From Prevotella sp. (GTDB taxonomy: Bacteria; Bacteroidota; Bacteroidia; Bacteroidales; Dysgonomonadaceae), in contig JAITVV010000029.1 in the NCBI GenBank assembly GCA_031285625.1, positions 38,875 through 102,874 on the forward strand: DNA of 64,000 bases, read 5' to 3'. Under the pieces are notes generated by a model, which worked only from the letters and a program-made list of their open reading frames with translations, was not told the origin of the DNA and ran no database searches. A program made the translations under genes and the position numbers. Shown here in pieces: positions 32,650 to 44,131 of the stretch; position 1 is the stretch's first letter, and every line of letters starts with the position of its first letter.

Positions 32650-34019
32650 AGATATTTCCTTTCCAATGTCCCTTTTATAGGTTCCAATAACTGATCGATG
32701 TCGCCTGCTCCAATGGTCAGGAGTATATCAATATCGTTCTTCTTATCCAATAAAGGTAATAATTCTTCCTTGTTGCACAATGTTTTAGGACATGTAACTT
32801 TGTCAAAAATGATTTTAGAAGTTACCCCTTCAATAGGTTTTTCCCTGGCAGGGTATATGTCCAATAGGATCAATTCGTCAAGCAATGAAAGGCTTTTGGC
32901 AAATTCGGGTGCAAAGTCCTTTGTTCTGCTATAAAGGTGAGGTTGAAAAATTCCTGTTACTTTACGTTCAGGATATAGTTCTTTGACTGAAGTGATGCTT
33001 GCCGCCAATTCTTCAGGATGATGGGCGTAATCATCAATCATTACTATTTTATCTGTTTTCAGTATAAAATCAAATCGGCGTTTTGCTCCCTGAAATGTTG
33101 ATATAGCATGCCGAAGTTCATCGTCAGTCACTCCATTGAGCCATGCTAAAGCCATAGAGCCTATTGAGTTCTCGATATTAATTTTGACAGGTACTCCCAG
33201 CTGAATATTATTGATTATCCCTTTTGGCGTTACAAAATCGAAACGGATTTCTCCATTCCCGATCTTTATATTTTTGGCATGAAAATCGCCCTTATCCATC
33301 GAATAAGTATATACTTTTACTCCCTTTCCTACTTTCGGAGAAAGCTTTGTATTATGTTTTAAAACCAATGATCCGTAATCCTGAATAAGTGTTGTGAATT
33401 TCTCGAAACTTTTCAGGTATTCTTCTTCTGTTCCATATATATCTAAGTGATCAGGATCTACCGACGTGATAAGTGCCATATAGGGGTGTAACCAATGAAA
33501 AGAACGGTCATATTCATCAGCTTCTATAACAGTAAATTCGCTTTTGTCGGAAAGTAAAAGGTTGCTGTTATAGTTCTTTAGAATACCTCCAAGGAAAGCA
33601 TTACAATCAAGATGTGATTGCTTTAAGATATGAGCCAGCATACTGGATGTAGTTGTTTTTCCATGTGTTCCCGCACAACATAGCGCTTTGCTTGATCTGG
33701 TTATTGTACCTAAAACTTGTGCTCTTTTCTGAATGGTAAAACTATGTGCATGAAAATATATTACCTCGTCATTATCAGAAGGTACCGCAGGGGTATATAC
33801 AACCAATGTAGTGTTTTTGTCTTTACAATATTCCGGAATAAGGCTTACACTGTCAGAATAATGAATTTCAGCACCTTCTTTAACCAGGTCTTTTGTTAAT
33901 GGAGTTTCAGTACGGTCATACCCGGCAACCTTCTTGCCTTTCGACATAAAATAACGGGCCAGGTTGCTCATCCCTATTCCTCCAATTCCAATAAAATATA
34001 TTGCTTTTATATTATCCAT
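32646..34019 (-). CDS. murC: UDP-N-acetylmuramate--L-alanine ligase
   Basis: FIGIGGIGMS, GTHGKTTT, EADEYD and DDYAHHP; ATG at 34019 preferred over TTG at 34031. Confidence 0.97.
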   Translation of the reverse strand: MDNIKAIYFIGIGGIGMSNLARYFMSKGKKVAGYDRTETPLTKDLVKEGAEIHYSDSVSLIPEYCKDKNTTLVVYTPAVPSDNDEVIYFHAHSFTIQKRAQVLGTITRSSKALCCAGTHGKTTTSSMLAHILKQSHLDCNAFLGGILKNYNSNLLLSDKSEFTVIEADEYDRSFHWLHPYMALITSVDPDHLDIYGTEEEYLKSFEKFTTLIQDYGSLVLKHNTKLSPKVGKGVKVYTYSMDKGDFHAKNIKIGNGEIRFDFVTPKGIINNIQLGVPVKINIENSIGSMALAWLNGVTDDELRHAISTFQGAKRRFDFILKTDKIVMIDDYAHHPEELAASITSVKELYPERKVTGIFQPHLYSRTKDFAPEFAKSLSLLDELILLDIYPAREKPIEGVTSKIIFDKVTCPKTLCNKEELLPLLDKKNDIDILLTIGAGDIDQLLEPIKGTLERKYL

Positions 34020-34027
34020 TTTATATT

Positions 34028-35143
34028 TCAATCCAGCTTTTTATTTATCAATTTTAAGGCTTCGTCTACTATCCTGTTTGCAGAATCGAATTGTGCCAAC
34101 TTGTGAATATTTTCAGATAATGATTTAAGTTTGTCTTTATCTTTGATTGTTTTTAAGGCTGTCTTAACAAGTAAGCTGTTTGCTTCTGTATCTTTCACCA
34201 AAATAGCAGCATCCTTATTAACAAGTGCCATTGCATTTTTAGTCTGATGGTCTTCAGATACATTTGGTGAAGGTACCAGTATCACAGGTTTTCCTAATAG
34301 GCTGAGTTCGGAAATAGAGCTTGCTCCCGCTCTGGATATAACCAGATCTGCGGCTTTATATGCGAGGTCCATCCGGGTTATGAATTCATTGATATGAACA
34401 TTCTGAGGGCTACCTTTGCTTGCCATATCCATATTTAGTTCGAAAGAATACAGTTTGCCACATTGCCAGACGATCTGTATATCCGAGTCAAATAAAGCAT
34501 CAATGCCGTGAAATAAGCTTTTATTTATTGTTCTTGAACCCAGGCTTCCTCCTACTGCCAGGATTGTCCTTTTCGATGGATCAAGATTAAATTCGGTATA
34601 TGCTTCTTCTTTTGTGATGTCCGGCGAAAGTAATTCTTCCCTGCAAGGATTCCCTGTAAGTACTATTCTATCTTTAGGAAAAAAGCGTTCCATACCTTCA
34701 TAAGCTACACAAATGACAGAGGCTTTCTTTCCCAAAAATTTATTTGTAATACCGGCATATGAATTTTGCTCCTGTATAAGGGTAGGAATACCTAATGCAT
34801 TTGCTTTGTATAGGGTAGGGGCACTTGCATATCCACCGACACCGATAACTATATCGGGTTCGAAATCTTTAATTACTTTTCCTGCTTCACTCAGACATTT
34901 TCTAAATTTCCACAAGGTAGAAAAGTTCTTGAACGGATTTTTCCTGTTCAATCCTGCAACTTCTAATCCAACAATATCATATCCTGCGGCAGGAACCTTT
35001 TCCATTTCCATTCTGCCTTTCGCTCCTACAAAAAGGATTGTAGAATCGGGAAAACGTTTTTTTATTGTATTAGCTATAGCAACAGCCGGAAATATATGAC
35101 CTCCGGTACCTCCTCCACTGATTATTACTCTCAGTTTTTTCAT
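34028..35143 (-). CDS. murG: MurG GlcNAc transferase
   Basis: GGGTGGHIFP, GGYAS, EQNS, GGSLG and RAGAS. Confidence 0.97.
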   Translation of the reverse strand: MKKLRVIISGGGTGGHIFPAVAIANTIKKRFPDSTILFVGAKGRMEMEKVPAAGYDIVGLEVAGLNRKNPFKNFSTLWKFRKCLSEAGKVIKDFEPDIVIGVGGYASAPTLYKANALGIPTLIQEQNSYAGITNKFLGKKASVICVAYEGMERFFPKDRIVLTGNPCREELLSPDITKEEAYTEFNLDPSKRTILAVGGSLGSRTINKSLFHGIDALFDSDIQIVWQCGKLYSFELNMDMASKGSPQNVHINEFITRMDLAYKAADLVISRAGASSISELSLLGKPVILVPSPNVSEDHQTKNAMALVNKDAAILVKDTEANSLLVKTALKTIKDKDKLKSLSENIHKLAQFDSANRIVDEALKLINKKLD

Positions 35144-36378
35144 TCTTCTGCTTCTTTTACATTTGTTTCAAAATCAACATTCGCAATGCTCTCATCCACG
35201 TCTTCATGGTCAGAGTCATTGAGCTTAGATGAGCATGCCAAAATGATTCCAAAATAAGCACAGGTAATAATAGTGGATGTCCCCCCCCTACTAACCAGTG
35301 GTAATGGTTGACCCGTTACCGGGATCAGATTGACAGCTACGGCCATGTTTGCTAAAGCTTGTATAGTAAGTATAAGTGCAGAACCTAATATAAGGTATCT
35401 TGGAAATTTCTTTTCACATTTAGACGCTAGTACCCCACACCGGAACATCAGTGCTACATATAATAATAGAACAAATAAACCACCTAAAAGTCCCATCTCT
35501 TCCAAAATAATTGCAAAAATAAAATCAGAATAGGCCTGAGGAAGAAAATCCCTTTCTGTACCACTACCCGGAAGTCCTATAACTCCTCCATTGGCAATGG
35601 CTATTTTAGCATGCGAAACCTGATAATTATCGTCTGTTATCTTATATGCAATAGTCCCATCAGGGTTCATCATCTGCTTCTCCTCTCCGGAGTGTCTTTC
35701 AATACGGTTTTTCCAAGTTGCCAGACGTCCTGGTAAGTATTTTTCGGAGAAGTCGTCGGGTAACAGAGTGAGGCTTCCCAACAGTATAACCACTGCAGCA
35801 ATGCCGGCAACTGCGATCATGCCTAGTTTCTTCACGCTTACCTGTCCGATAAACATTAGCAGAAAACAAACACCAAACAACAGGCAAGCCGTTGACAGAT
35901 TTTCAGGGGCAATAAGTAGACAAAGTCCTGCAATAACGATTATAAGTGTTTTGAATACCCAGCTCTCATTATCAGGCTTCATTTTACTCAAAAAGAAAGC
36001 AACAAATCCGATAGCAGATATTTTAGCAAATTCGGAAGGCTGTATTGTAAATGCTCCGATGCCCAACCAACGTTGTGCACCATTGACATCCTGCCCCAGA
36101 AACATAGTAATAATAAGCAGTATCACAGATACAGGTATTCCTAACAATAAGACTGAGAAAAACCGGCTGGGAACTCTTTGTAAAAACATGACTACAGCAA
36201 AGCCTATAAGCAGGAATGCTGCATGACGAAGTATAGGAGCCCAATGGCTCTGTTGGCGGTATGCTATTGTGCTGGTGGCACTGAATACTTCAAGCAAGGA
36301 TATGATACATAATGCAATAAATATGCACCATATAACTTTATCTCCTTTAAAAGCTCTTCCTAAAAAATTGAATTCCAT
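35140..36378 (-). CDS. ftsW: SEDS protein FtsW
   Basis: GAQRW, QPSEFAK, SDFIFAI..EE and PVTGQPLPLVSRGG; located in dcw. Confidence 0.93.
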   Translation of the reverse strand: MEFNFLGRAFKGDKVIWCIFIALCIISLLEVFSATSTIAYRQQSHWAPILRHAAFLLIGFAVVMFLQRVPSRFFSVLLLGIPVSVILLIITMFLGQDVNGAQRWLGIGAFTIQPSEFAKISAIGFVAFFLSKMKPDNESWVFKTLIIVIAGLCLLIAPENLSTACLLFGVCFLLMFIGQVSVKKLGMIAVAGIAAVVILLGSLTLLPDDFSEKYLPGRLATWKNRIERHSGEEKQMMNPDGTIAYKITDDNYQVSHAKIAIANGGVIGLPGSGTERDFLPQAYSDFIFAIILEEMGLLGGLFVLLLYVALMFRCGVLASKCEKKFPRYLILGSALILTIQALANMAVAVNLIPVTGQPLPLVSRGGTSTIITCAYFGIILACSSKLNDSDHEDVDESIANVDFETNVKEAEE

Positions 36379-36458
36379 TTTGAATAAACGTTAATATTTA
36401 AAGCCATATTTCAAATTTAGAGTCTCAGGAAAGTCTTATGCTTAGATGGACAATAAAT

Positions 36459-36471
36459 AGGCTTGTGGCCT
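36459..36471. repeat. 13-bp palindrome family, copy 3 (variant)
   Basis: AATAAAT-AGGCTTGTGGCCT-TA, just after the murD stop. Confidence 0.6.
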
Positions 36472-36474
36472 TAA

Positions 36475-37809
36475 TTACAATTTTCTAACATATTCTTTAA
36501 ACTGGTTTCCTCTGTCCTCATAATTTTTGAACAAGTCGAAACTGGCACAGCAAGGCGATAGTAAAACAGTATCCCCTTCTTTCGCCAGCGCATAAGATAT
36601 TTCCACTGCATCTTTCATTGATGATGTGTCTGCAATCTTTTCTATTTTTCCATCGAAGAATTTATGTAATTTACTATTATCCACGCCCAAAAATACTAGT
36701 GCCCGTGCTTTGTCCTTCACTAATTGTTCAATCTCAGTATAGTCGTTTCCTTTGTCTGTACCTCCCAGTATCAGTACTACTTTTGTTTTCATACTTTGCA
36801 GAGCATACCAACAAGAGTTCACGTTTGTAGCTTTGGAGTCGTTAATAAATTGAATTCCTCTAACCTTAGCTACTTTTTCTAACCGGTGTTCTACCCCCTG
36901 AAAGTCGCTTAACGACTGGCGAAGGTTCTCGTCTGTTATATCCAATAACTTTGCTGTTATTCCGGATGCAAGAGAATTGTACAGATTGTGTGTACCTTCC
37001 AATGCTAATAATTCTTGATCCATAGAGAAAACAGATTTTGGTGTGTTTATGATAATGTCGTTATCTTCCAGATAAGCAATTGCATTGCCTGTTTTATGTT
37101 CGGCAAATGTATATTGTGTTCCTTTAGATACCAGTTTCTTTATTTCTTCACTAACAATGGGATCTTCTTCCCAAAAAATGAAAGCGTCTTCTTCGGTCTG
37201 GTTTCTGGCAATACGCATTTTTGCATCTACATATTTTTGCATATCGTGATCATATCTGTCCAGATGATCGGGTGTAATATTAAGAAGAATAGCTATATCT
37301 GCCTTAAACGAATACATGTTTTCTAACTGAAAACTACTTAGTTCCAGAACATAATAATCGAAATTCTCTTCGGCTACCTGTCGGGCGAAGCTCCTTCCTA
37401 TATTTCCTCCCAGACCGACATTAAGACCTGCAGATTTCAATATATGATATATCAGGCTTGTCGTTGTTGTTTTTCCATTGCTGCCGGTTATACATATCAT
37501 TTTGGCAGATGTATATCTTTTGGCAAACTCCATTTCGGAAAGAATCGGAATATCTTTTGCTTTTGCTTTCTGAACAAGAGGTGCATAATTAGGAATGCCG
37601 GGGCTTTTAATGATTTCAGTAGCAGCCAGAATTAAATCTTCGGTATGGCCATTCTCTTCGAAAGGGATACCGTATTGTTTTAATTCAGCTTTGTACTTGT
37701 CCTGCAAAGCTCCGCTATCGGATAAGAATACATCAAATCCTTTTGCCTGAGCCAGTATGGCAGAACCTACACCGCTTTCGCCTCCTCCTAATATGATTAT
37801 CTTGTTCAT
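36475..37809 (-). CDS. murD: MurD ligase
   Basis: ITGSNGKTTT, ELSSFQL, DHLDRY, NDSKATN and LLSPCCASFD. Confidence 0.97.
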   Translation of the reverse strand: MNKIIILGGGESGVGSAILAQAKGFDVFLSDSGALQDKYKAELKQYGIPFEENGHTEDLILAATEIIKSPGIPNYAPLVQKAKAKDIPILSEMEFAKRYTSAKMICITGSNGKTTTTSLIYHILKSAGLNVGLGGNIGRSFARQVAEENFDYYVLELSSFQLENMYSFKADIAILLNITPDHLDRYDHDMQKYVDAKMRIARNQTEEDAFIFWEEDPIVSEEIKKLVSKGTQYTFAEHKTGNAIAYLEDNDIIINTPKSVFSMDQELLALEGTHNLYNSLASGITAKLLDITDENLRQSLSDFQGVEHRLEKVAKVRGIQFINDSKATNVNSCWYALQSMKTKVVLILGGTDKGNDYTEIEQLVKDKARALVFLGVDNSKLHKFFDGKIEKIADTSSMKDAVEISYALAKEGDTVLLSPCCASFDLFKNYEDRGNQFKEYVRKL

Positions 37810-37814
37810 ATATC

Positions 37815-39077
37815 TTATCGCATTTTTAATGTAGCCAATGTAATAACAGCCAAAATAACTCCTATAATCCAGAACCGGACAACGATTTTCGATTCAGGGA
37901 TAGGACCTAACGGCTTTTGAAATAATGCCTGTATACCGGAATTTCCAGCTTTTTGGAAATGGTGATGCAAAGGAGTCATCTTGAATATACGACGCCCTTC
38001 TCCATATTTCTTCTTTGTAAATTTGAAGAATGCAACCTGCATCATTACCGAAATACTTTCTACAAAAAATATTCCGCATAATATAGGTAATAATAACTCT
38101 TTATGAATTACAATGGCAAATACTCCAATAATTCCTCCTAATGTAAGACTTCCCGTATCTCCCATAAATACCTGCGCCGGAAAAGCATTATACCAAAGGA
38201 AACCTATGGTAGCACCAATAAATGCTGCAGCAAAGATCACAAGTTCCTGACTTCCCGGGATAAACATAATATTCAGATAGGAGGCAAACTCCATATGTCC
38301 TGATACATAGGCCAATATTCCAAGGGTCACCCCGATTATGGCAGAGCTGCCGGCAGCTAGTCCATCAAGCCCGTCAGTGAGGTTTGCGCCATTAGATACT
38401 GCCGTTACAATGAAAATAACAACAATAACAAATAAAATCCATGCAGCAGGCTCAGCATAATCGCCCATAAAACCGACAAGGTCTTCATAGTCGAGATTAT
38501 TATTCTTCATGAAAGGGATCGTAGTCTGAGTAGACTTTACTCCTTCTGCAACATAGCTTACACGCTCTATTACGTTATCCTGATTACGAAATTCGATATT
38601 CTCTCTTATGATTACATCCGGGCTTAGGTATAGTGTCATTCCAACAATAAGTCCCAGACCTATTTGAGCCACTATCTTGAATTTACCATGAAGTCCTTCT
38701 TTATCTTTCTTAAAGACTTTTATATAATCGTCTAAAAAGCCCAATGCCCCTAGCCAAATTGTGGTGATGAGCATCAGAATGATGTATATATTATCTAATT
38801 TGGCAAATAGTAAGACAGGAGTAAGGATTGCAATAATGATGATAATTCCTCCCATGGTTGGAGTTCCCTTTTTGCTTAGCTGGCCTTCGAGACCAAGATT
38901 TCTTACAATTTCACCTATCTGTAACTTTTGTAATTTATCAATAATGCGTCGCCCGATAAGAGTTGATATCAGTAGGGAGAATACCAAAGCCATCGCAGCC
39001 CTGAACGATACATAACGGAACATCCCTGCTCCCGGAAAGTCTAATTGATCCAAATAATCGAATAGATAATATAACAT
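37815..39077 (-). CDS. mraY: Phospho-N-acetylmuramoyl-pentapeptide transferase
   Basis: [28 protein letters not shown] and PLHHHF; likely start MLYYLF at 39077. Confidence 0.97.
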   Translation of the reverse strand: MLYYLFDYLDQLDFPGAGMFRYVSFRAAMALVFSLLISTLIGRRIIDKLQKLQIGEIVRNLGLEGQLSKKGTPTMGGIIIIIAILTPVLLFAKLDNIYIILMLITTIWLGALGFLDDYIKVFKKDKEGLHGKFKIVAQIGLGLIVGMTLYLSPDVIIRENIEFRNQDNVIERVSYVAEGVKSTQTTIPFMKNNNLDYEDLVGFMGDYAEPAAWILFVIVVIFIVTAVSNGANLTDGLDGLAAGSSAIIGVTLGILAYVSGHMEFASYLNIMFIPGSQELVIFAAAFIGATIGFLWYNAFPAQVFMGDTGSLTLGGIIGVFAIVIHKELLLPILCGIFFVESISVMMQVAFFKFTKKKYGEGRRIFKMTPLHHHFQKAGNSGIQALFQKPLGPIPESKIVVRFWIIGVILAVITLATLKMR

Positions 39078-39110
39078 TTCGCTTTTCTGATTTTTAATTA
39101 AGTAACCCAA

Positions 39111-39123
39111 AGGTCTGTGACCT
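39111..39123. repeat. 13-bp palindrome family, copy 4
   Basis: AGGTCTGTGACCT-TA, overlapping the murE stop codon. Confidence 0.7.
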
Positions 39124-40574
39124 TATTCTCCAAATATATTTCTGACTATTTCTCTATCATCAAAATGATGTTTCACTCCTTTCACATCCTGATAATCTTC
39201 ATGGCCTTTCCCTGCAATAAGTATTACATCGCCTGTTTTGGCTAGTGTGCAGGCCGTTTTTATGGCTTGTTCACGCTCAACGATCAGTAATGTTTTTTTC
39301 ATTTGTTGGCTGTTAAGGCCGTCTGCCATATCGTTTATAATCGCTTGTGGCTCTTCGTAACGTGGATTATCAGAGGTCAGAATCACCTGATCGCTTAATC
39401 TTACTGCCTCACGTGCCATAATAGGACGTTTAGTCTTGTCCCTGTTGCCACCACAACCTACAACTGTGATTACATGACCGTTGCCATCCAGCACTTCATG
39501 TATCGCTTCCAATACATTGGTAAGGGCATCCGGCGTATGTGCATAATCTACAATCGCGGTGTATTGTTCCGGAGAACGAATCGTTTCGAAACGTCCTGAA
39601 ACGGGCTTCAAGGTGCTGAGGACTAGTAATGCCTGGTCCGAATCTTGTCCCAACAGTATAGTAGCACCGTATACAGCTAATAGATTGTAAACATTAAATA
39701 CTCCTACAAACTGTACTTGTAATTCTTTTCCGTTGATTTCAATGGCTGTACCATCAAAATGTTTTTCGATGATTTTTGCCTTAAAATCAGCTAGAGATTG
39801 TACAGAATAAGTATGTTTTTTCGCTTTTGTATTCTGGAGCATTACCAATCCGTTCTTATCGTCGATATTGGTAAGGGCGAAGGCCGTTTCGGGCAGGTTA
39901 TCAAAAAACATTTTCTTTGCTTTCAGATACTCTGCCATTGTTTTATGATAGTCCAGGTGGTCTTGTGTAATATTGGTAAATATACCACCTTCAAACTTTA
40001 ATCCACTGATTCTCTTTTGGTGTATGGCATGCGAACTCACTTCCATAAAAGCATATTCACAACCCGCATCAACCATTTTTTTCAGCATTTCGTTTAACGA
40101 GATAGGATCGGGGGTTGTATGTGTAGCATGGAATACTGTACCATTTATATAGTTGGCTACAGTAGATAATAGTCCGGCTTTATATCCTAACTTACGAAAC
40201 ATCTCATATAATAGGGTAGCAGTTGTGGTTTTACCATTTGTACCGGTCACACCCACTACTTTCAGTTTGCTGGAAGGGTCACCGTACCAATGGGCGGCTA
40301 TTTTTCCGGCAGCATCTGCTCCATCCTTTACCTTTACATATGTGATACCTTCTTTCGATGTGTCAACTTTTTCTTCATGGATAATCACTTTTGCTCCCAG
40401 GTCAAGAGCATTATTTATATATTGGTGTCCGTCTACCTGTACTCCCTTTAGGGCAATAAATACTGAACTTGCAATTGCTTTGCGTGAGTCGGTAAATATT
40501 CCTGTTACATCCGGATTATTTTCTCCTTCTATCTTTGTTACATCTATGTTTTTAAGTAAATCCTGCAATTTCAT
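39123..40574 (-). CDS. murE: MurE (meso-DAP-type) ligase
   Basis: [31 protein letters not shown] (DAP specificity) and GKGHE. Confidence 0.97.
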   Translation of the reverse strand: MKLQDLLKNIDVTKIEGENNPDVTGIFTDSRKAIASSVFIALKGVQVDGHQYINNALDLGAKVIIHEEKVDTSKEGITYVKVKDGADAAGKIAAHWYGDPSSKLKVVGVTGTNGKTTTATLLYEMFRKLGYKAGLLSTVANYINGTVFHATHTTPDPISLNEMLKKMVDAGCEYAFMEVSSHAIHQKRISGLKFEGGIFTNITQDHLDYHKTMAEYLKAKKMFFDNLPETAFALTNIDDKNGLVMLQNTKAKKHTYSVQSLADFKAKIIEKHFDGTAIEINGKELQVQFVGVFNVYNLLAVYGATILLGQDSDQALLVLSTLKPVSGRFETIRSPEQYTAIVDYAHTPDALTNVLEAIHEVLDGNGHVITVVGCGGNRDKTKRPIMAREAVRLSDQVILTSDNPRYEEPQAIINDMADGLNSQQMKKTLLIVEREQAIKTACTLAKTGDVILIAGKGHEDYQDVKGVKHHFDDREIVRNIFGE

Positions 40575-40665
40575 ATCTGTATCCTTATTTTAGTAAACGT
40601 TGATTATTAATGTTGTATTTAAATCTTAACTTCCAATCAGTATTATACTTGAATGAATAATAAAT

Positions 40666-40678
40666 AGGTCTGAGGCCT
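40666..40678. repeat. 13-bp palindrome family, copy 5
   Basis: AATAAAT-AGGTCTGAGGCCT-TA, overlapping the ftsI stop codon. Confidence 0.7.
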
Positions 40679-42879
40679 TAATTTAGTTCTATTGTTATTG
40701 TTGCCCCCTTGGTTATCTTATTTCCGGGAGGAATAGACTGTTGTTTTACTTTCCCGGCTCCGGTGAGGTTTACCCTCAGTCCTCCATTCTCAAGTAAATA
40801 AACTGCATCACGTGCTCCCATCCCTATGACATTTGGCACAACTCCTTGTTGTACAGAGTTATTACCTTCGAGTAATATTTCGTTGATTGCCGAGCCAGCT
40901 TTTATCCATTCTACTTTTTCTCCGGAGAAGTTATATGTTTGATTTAATTTATTTAAAACGATCTCGGTATTTTTTAGAGAGCCGCTTTTTACTACCGGAA
41001 TAAGAGAATTTACAGTGTCTTTTGGTGCACTGATAGGTGTTGCTACCAGACTTCGAGTATAAATACCCTCTGCTATATTTTTAAATACTGCTCCTGGCAT
41101 TAATCCTCCCGATGGTGATCCCTGTGGTCTGCGTATTCCTACAAAACAGGTATATTTAGGATTGTCCGAAGGAAAATATCCACAAAACGATACATAATAT
41201 CCTTCATACCCTCCCCTTGCGGCGATCATAGCAGTCCCTGTTTTTCCGGCTATAGGGAATAATTCTGAGTTTATGGCTTTCCCCGTACCATCGGTTACTA
41301 CACCTCTTAAGATATCCCTGATCTCATTTAATGTTTTCTCGGAGCATAACTGCGGGTTGATAACTTCGGTTTCAAACTCTTCCTGAATTTTTCCATCTTT
41401 AGAAAAAGCCTTTGTCAGGAATGGTTTTATCATTTTACCATTGTTGGCTATTCCGTTATAAAACATCAGCATGTAGATCGGAGGCACTTGTGTTTCGTAT
41501 CCGAACGACATCCAAGGTAATGTTGTTTTAGACCAGATATTAACTTTATCATCGGGAAAACGTATAACTGATGTTCCTTCTTTACCTTTTAATGGAACGT
41601 CCCACTCTATTTTTTTAGTCAATCCCAGATCATGGATATGTTGTACATATTTTTGAGGGTCATTTTCATAACCTTTCAGTATCATTTTTGCAATGGCAAC
41701 ATTCAGCGATGAGTACATTCCTCTGGCTACAGTAACATAGCCTTTGTCTTTTCCTTTGCGCCAGTCATGGTCACGAACCACACGTCCTTTGTATTCGAAA
41801 AGCCCGTTCCCTACAAATATGGAATCGTTTGGTGTAACAACACCATCCTCCAATGCAACCATCAGTGATACGGTCTTAAAGGTAGATCCCGGTTCCGACA
41901 TATAAGAGAATGCATTCGGATTTCCTTCGGCATACACGCCTTCAGATACACGATCCAAATTGGTGATGGCTTTTATCTCTCCTGTGGCTACTTCCATTAC
42001 AATGGCACATCCGGATTCGGCCTTGGTTTCCACCAGCTTGTTGTAGAGGGCTTTTTCAGCCATGTCCTGAATATCCACATTCAGTGTGGTTTTGATATCC
42101 CACCCGTCGGTTGGTTCTTCCAGTACAATATCTATCCACCTGCCTTGCACACGCTGGCGTGTTTTTAGTCCGGGTACTCCTCTTAATAATGAGTCATATT
42201 TCATTTCAAGGCCACTCGAACCTCCGCTTTCAATATCTTTAAAGATCGATCCGACAGTTCTTCCTGCCAAGCGACCAAACGGTTTCAGGCGCATTGTCCT
42301 TTCTTCGGTAAACAGACCACTTCTGTTGCTCCGCTGGTTGAAAAAAGGAAATTTCTGAAGTTCTTTCAGTTCTATATAGTTAATATCAGGACGGATAATT
42401 CTTACATACCGGCTGCGGACTTTTACTTTCTTATTGGATCCGCTGGCTCTGTTCTTCTCTATTTCAGCTAACTCTCTGCGACTGAGTTCCCATCCGTCTA
42501 ATATTACCCGCTTGTACTGAGCTGCGTTTCTATCAGGGAATTTTTTAGCTAATGCCTGTGAAAGAGGAGTTACATATTTCATCAATGTATCTTTCTTTAT
42601 TCCCTCTGCCATGAAATCCACATAGATTCCATATAGAGGCTCACTGGTAGCAAGTAAACGATTGTCGTCTGCGTATATATTTCCACGGTTAGGTCTTATT
42701 TCACGGTCTTTTTTTACAGTTTCCTGTCTGCCAAGTTCGCGCCACATAGGGCCCTCCGCATATTTTATTTTAAAGATGCAAACGATGATTGCAATAAATA
42801 TAAGGGACAAAAAGAGTGTAAGCCAGCCATAACGGCTGATCGCTATATTTTTTGTTGTTCCCTCTGACTTTTTCGCCAT
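40678..42879 (-). CDS. ftsI: Class B penicillin-binding protein FtsI with C-terminal PASTA domain
   Basis: RGNIY, EPGSTFK (SxxK), SLN (SxN), KTG and VPNVIGM (PASTA). Confidence 0.92.
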   Translation of the reverse strand: MAKKSEGTTKNIAISRYGWLTLFLSLIFIAIIVCIFKIKYAEGPMWRELGRQETVKKDREIRPNRGNIYADDNRLLATSEPLYGIYVDFMAEGIKKDTLMKYVTPLSQALAKKFPDRNAAQYKRVILDGWELSRRELAEIEKNRASGSNKKVKVRSRYVRIIRPDINYIELKELQKFPFFNQRSNRSGLFTEERTMRLKPFGRLAGRTVGSIFKDIESGGSSGLEMKYDSLLRGVPGLKTRQRVQGRWIDIVLEEPTDGWDIKTTLNVDIQDMAEKALYNKLVETKAESGCAIVMEVATGEIKAITNLDRVSEGVYAEGNPNAFSYMSEPGSTFKTVSLMVALEDGVVTPNDSIFVGNGLFEYKGRVVRDHDWRKGKDKGYVTVARGMYSSLNVAIAKMILKGYENDPQKYVQHIHDLGLTKKIEWDVPLKGKEGTSVIRFPDDKVNIWSKTTLPWMSFGYETQVPPIYMLMFYNGIANNGKMIKPFLTKAFSKDGKIQEEFETEVINPQLCSEKTLNEIRDILRGVVTDGTGKAINSELFPIAGKTGTAMIAARGGYEGYYVSFCGYFPSDNPKYTCFVGIRRPQGSPSGGLMPGAVFKNIAEGIYTRSLVATPISAPKDTVNSLIPVVKSGSLKNTEIVLNKLNQTYNFSGEKVEWIKAGSAINEILLEGNNSVQQGVVPNVIGMGARDAVYLLENGGLRVNLTGAGKVKQQSIPPGNKITKGATITIELN

Positions 42880-42889
42880 TTCTTTCCCG

Positions 42890-43216
42890 CTATTTCTTTA
42901 TCTTGTATGTTGGTTCTGTTGTCTGTTTCAGATCTACACCGTTTCTTTGTACCAGATCTTCCACTTTAGACTCACGGCTAACTCCCATCAGTTGCGCCGA
43001 AATAGTAAGTGATTCGTATTTTGCGTCCTTTAATTCCCGTTGAAGTTTCTCTATTTTCGCCATTTTTTCAATGCAGCTGTATCTGTTGCTGATGTAAAGA
43101 ACTATAATGATAAAAACAGTAATGATAAAGCGTGCATTTTTCCAAAAGAAATCCTCGGTGAGAACTGTCCCCCCAAGAATATACATTATCTTTTTCTTTA
43201 TGTCCTTTGCTGTCAT
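42890..43216 (-). CDS. ftsL: FtsL-like cell division protein
   Basis: TM segment plus coiled coil, between rsmH and ftsI; ATG at 43216. Confidence 0.8.
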   Translation of the reverse strand: MTAKDIKKKIMYILGGTVLTEDFFWKNARFIITVFIIIVLYISNRYSCIEKMAKIEKLQRELKDAKYESLTISAQLMGVSRESKVEDLVQRNGVDLKQTTEPTYKIKK

Positions 43217-43217
43217 A

Positions 43218-44129
43218 TCAGATTTTTTCCGCAATTCTTAATTTAGCACTTCGTGAACGAGGGTTACGTTCTTCCTCCTCCTTAGACGGTATGATCACTT
43301 TATTATTTATCAGTTTGAAGGGTGTTTCAAAGTTTCCGAAGAAGTCTTTTTCAATCTTGCCTTCAAAATTTCCTGTCTTGAAAAAGTTTTTTACAATCCT
43401 GTCTTCAAGCGAATGATACGTGATAACAGATATTCGCCCTCCTGTTTTTAATATATCGAGAGCCTGTTCCAGCATTTCTTTCAGGGTTTGCATTTCTTCA
43501 TTTACTTCTATGCGTAATGCCTGAAAAGCCTGAGCCAATATTTTTTTTTCTTTTTCTCCTCTTCCAACAAATGAGTTGAGGGTATCTAAAAGATCACTCG
43601 TTTTTTTATATGGTTTCTCTTTTCTTGTTTTTACAATAACAGAAGCCATACGGCGCGACTGTTTCAATTCTCCATAGAGGTAAAATATATCAGCCAGTTT
43701 CTCCTCGCTGTAGGTGTTTAATATCTGTGCTGCTGTCTTGCCTCCATTGCGGTTCATGCGCATGTCCAGGTCACTGTCTTCGAAGCGGAATGAAAAGCCT
43801 CTGTCTTCTGCATCGAAGTGATGTGACGAAACTCCAAGATCGGCGAGTATCGCATCTACTTCTTCCACGTCATAATATTTGATGAAATTTTTCAGATAGC
43901 GGAAGTTACTTCGTACAAAAGTAAACCTGTTGTCGGGTTGAATATTGTTGATAGCATCTTCATCCTGATCGAATGCATAGAGATGCCCTTTTTTACCTAA
44001 GCGTGATAAAATCTCCTTTGAGTGCCCTCCTCCTCCAAATGTAACATCCACACAGATGCTGTCAGGACGAATGTTCATCCCGTCAACACTTTCGTGAAGC
44101 AGAACCGGTATGTGATATGCATCAGCCAT
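43218..44129 (-). CDS. rsmH: 16S rRNA m4C1402 methyltransferase
   Basis: HIPVLL, TFGGGGHS, DLGVSS, FQALRIEVN, HSLEDR and NPRSRSAKLR. Confidence 0.97.
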   Translation of the reverse strand: MADAYHIPVLLHESVDGMNIRPDSICVDVTFGGGGHSKEILSRLGKKGHLYAFDQDEDAINNIQPDNRFTFVRSNFRYLKNFIKYYDVEEVDAILADLGVSSHHFDAEDRGFSFRFEDSDLDMRMNRNGGKTAAQILNTYSEEKLADIFYLYGELKQSRRMASVIVKTRKEKPYKKTSDLLDTLNSFVGRGEKEKKILAQAFQALRIEVNEEMQTLKEMLEQALDILKTGGRISVITYHSLEDRIVKNFFKTGNFEGKIEKDFFGNFETPFKLINNKVIIPSKEEEERNPRSRSAKLRIAEKI

Positions 44130-44131
44130 GA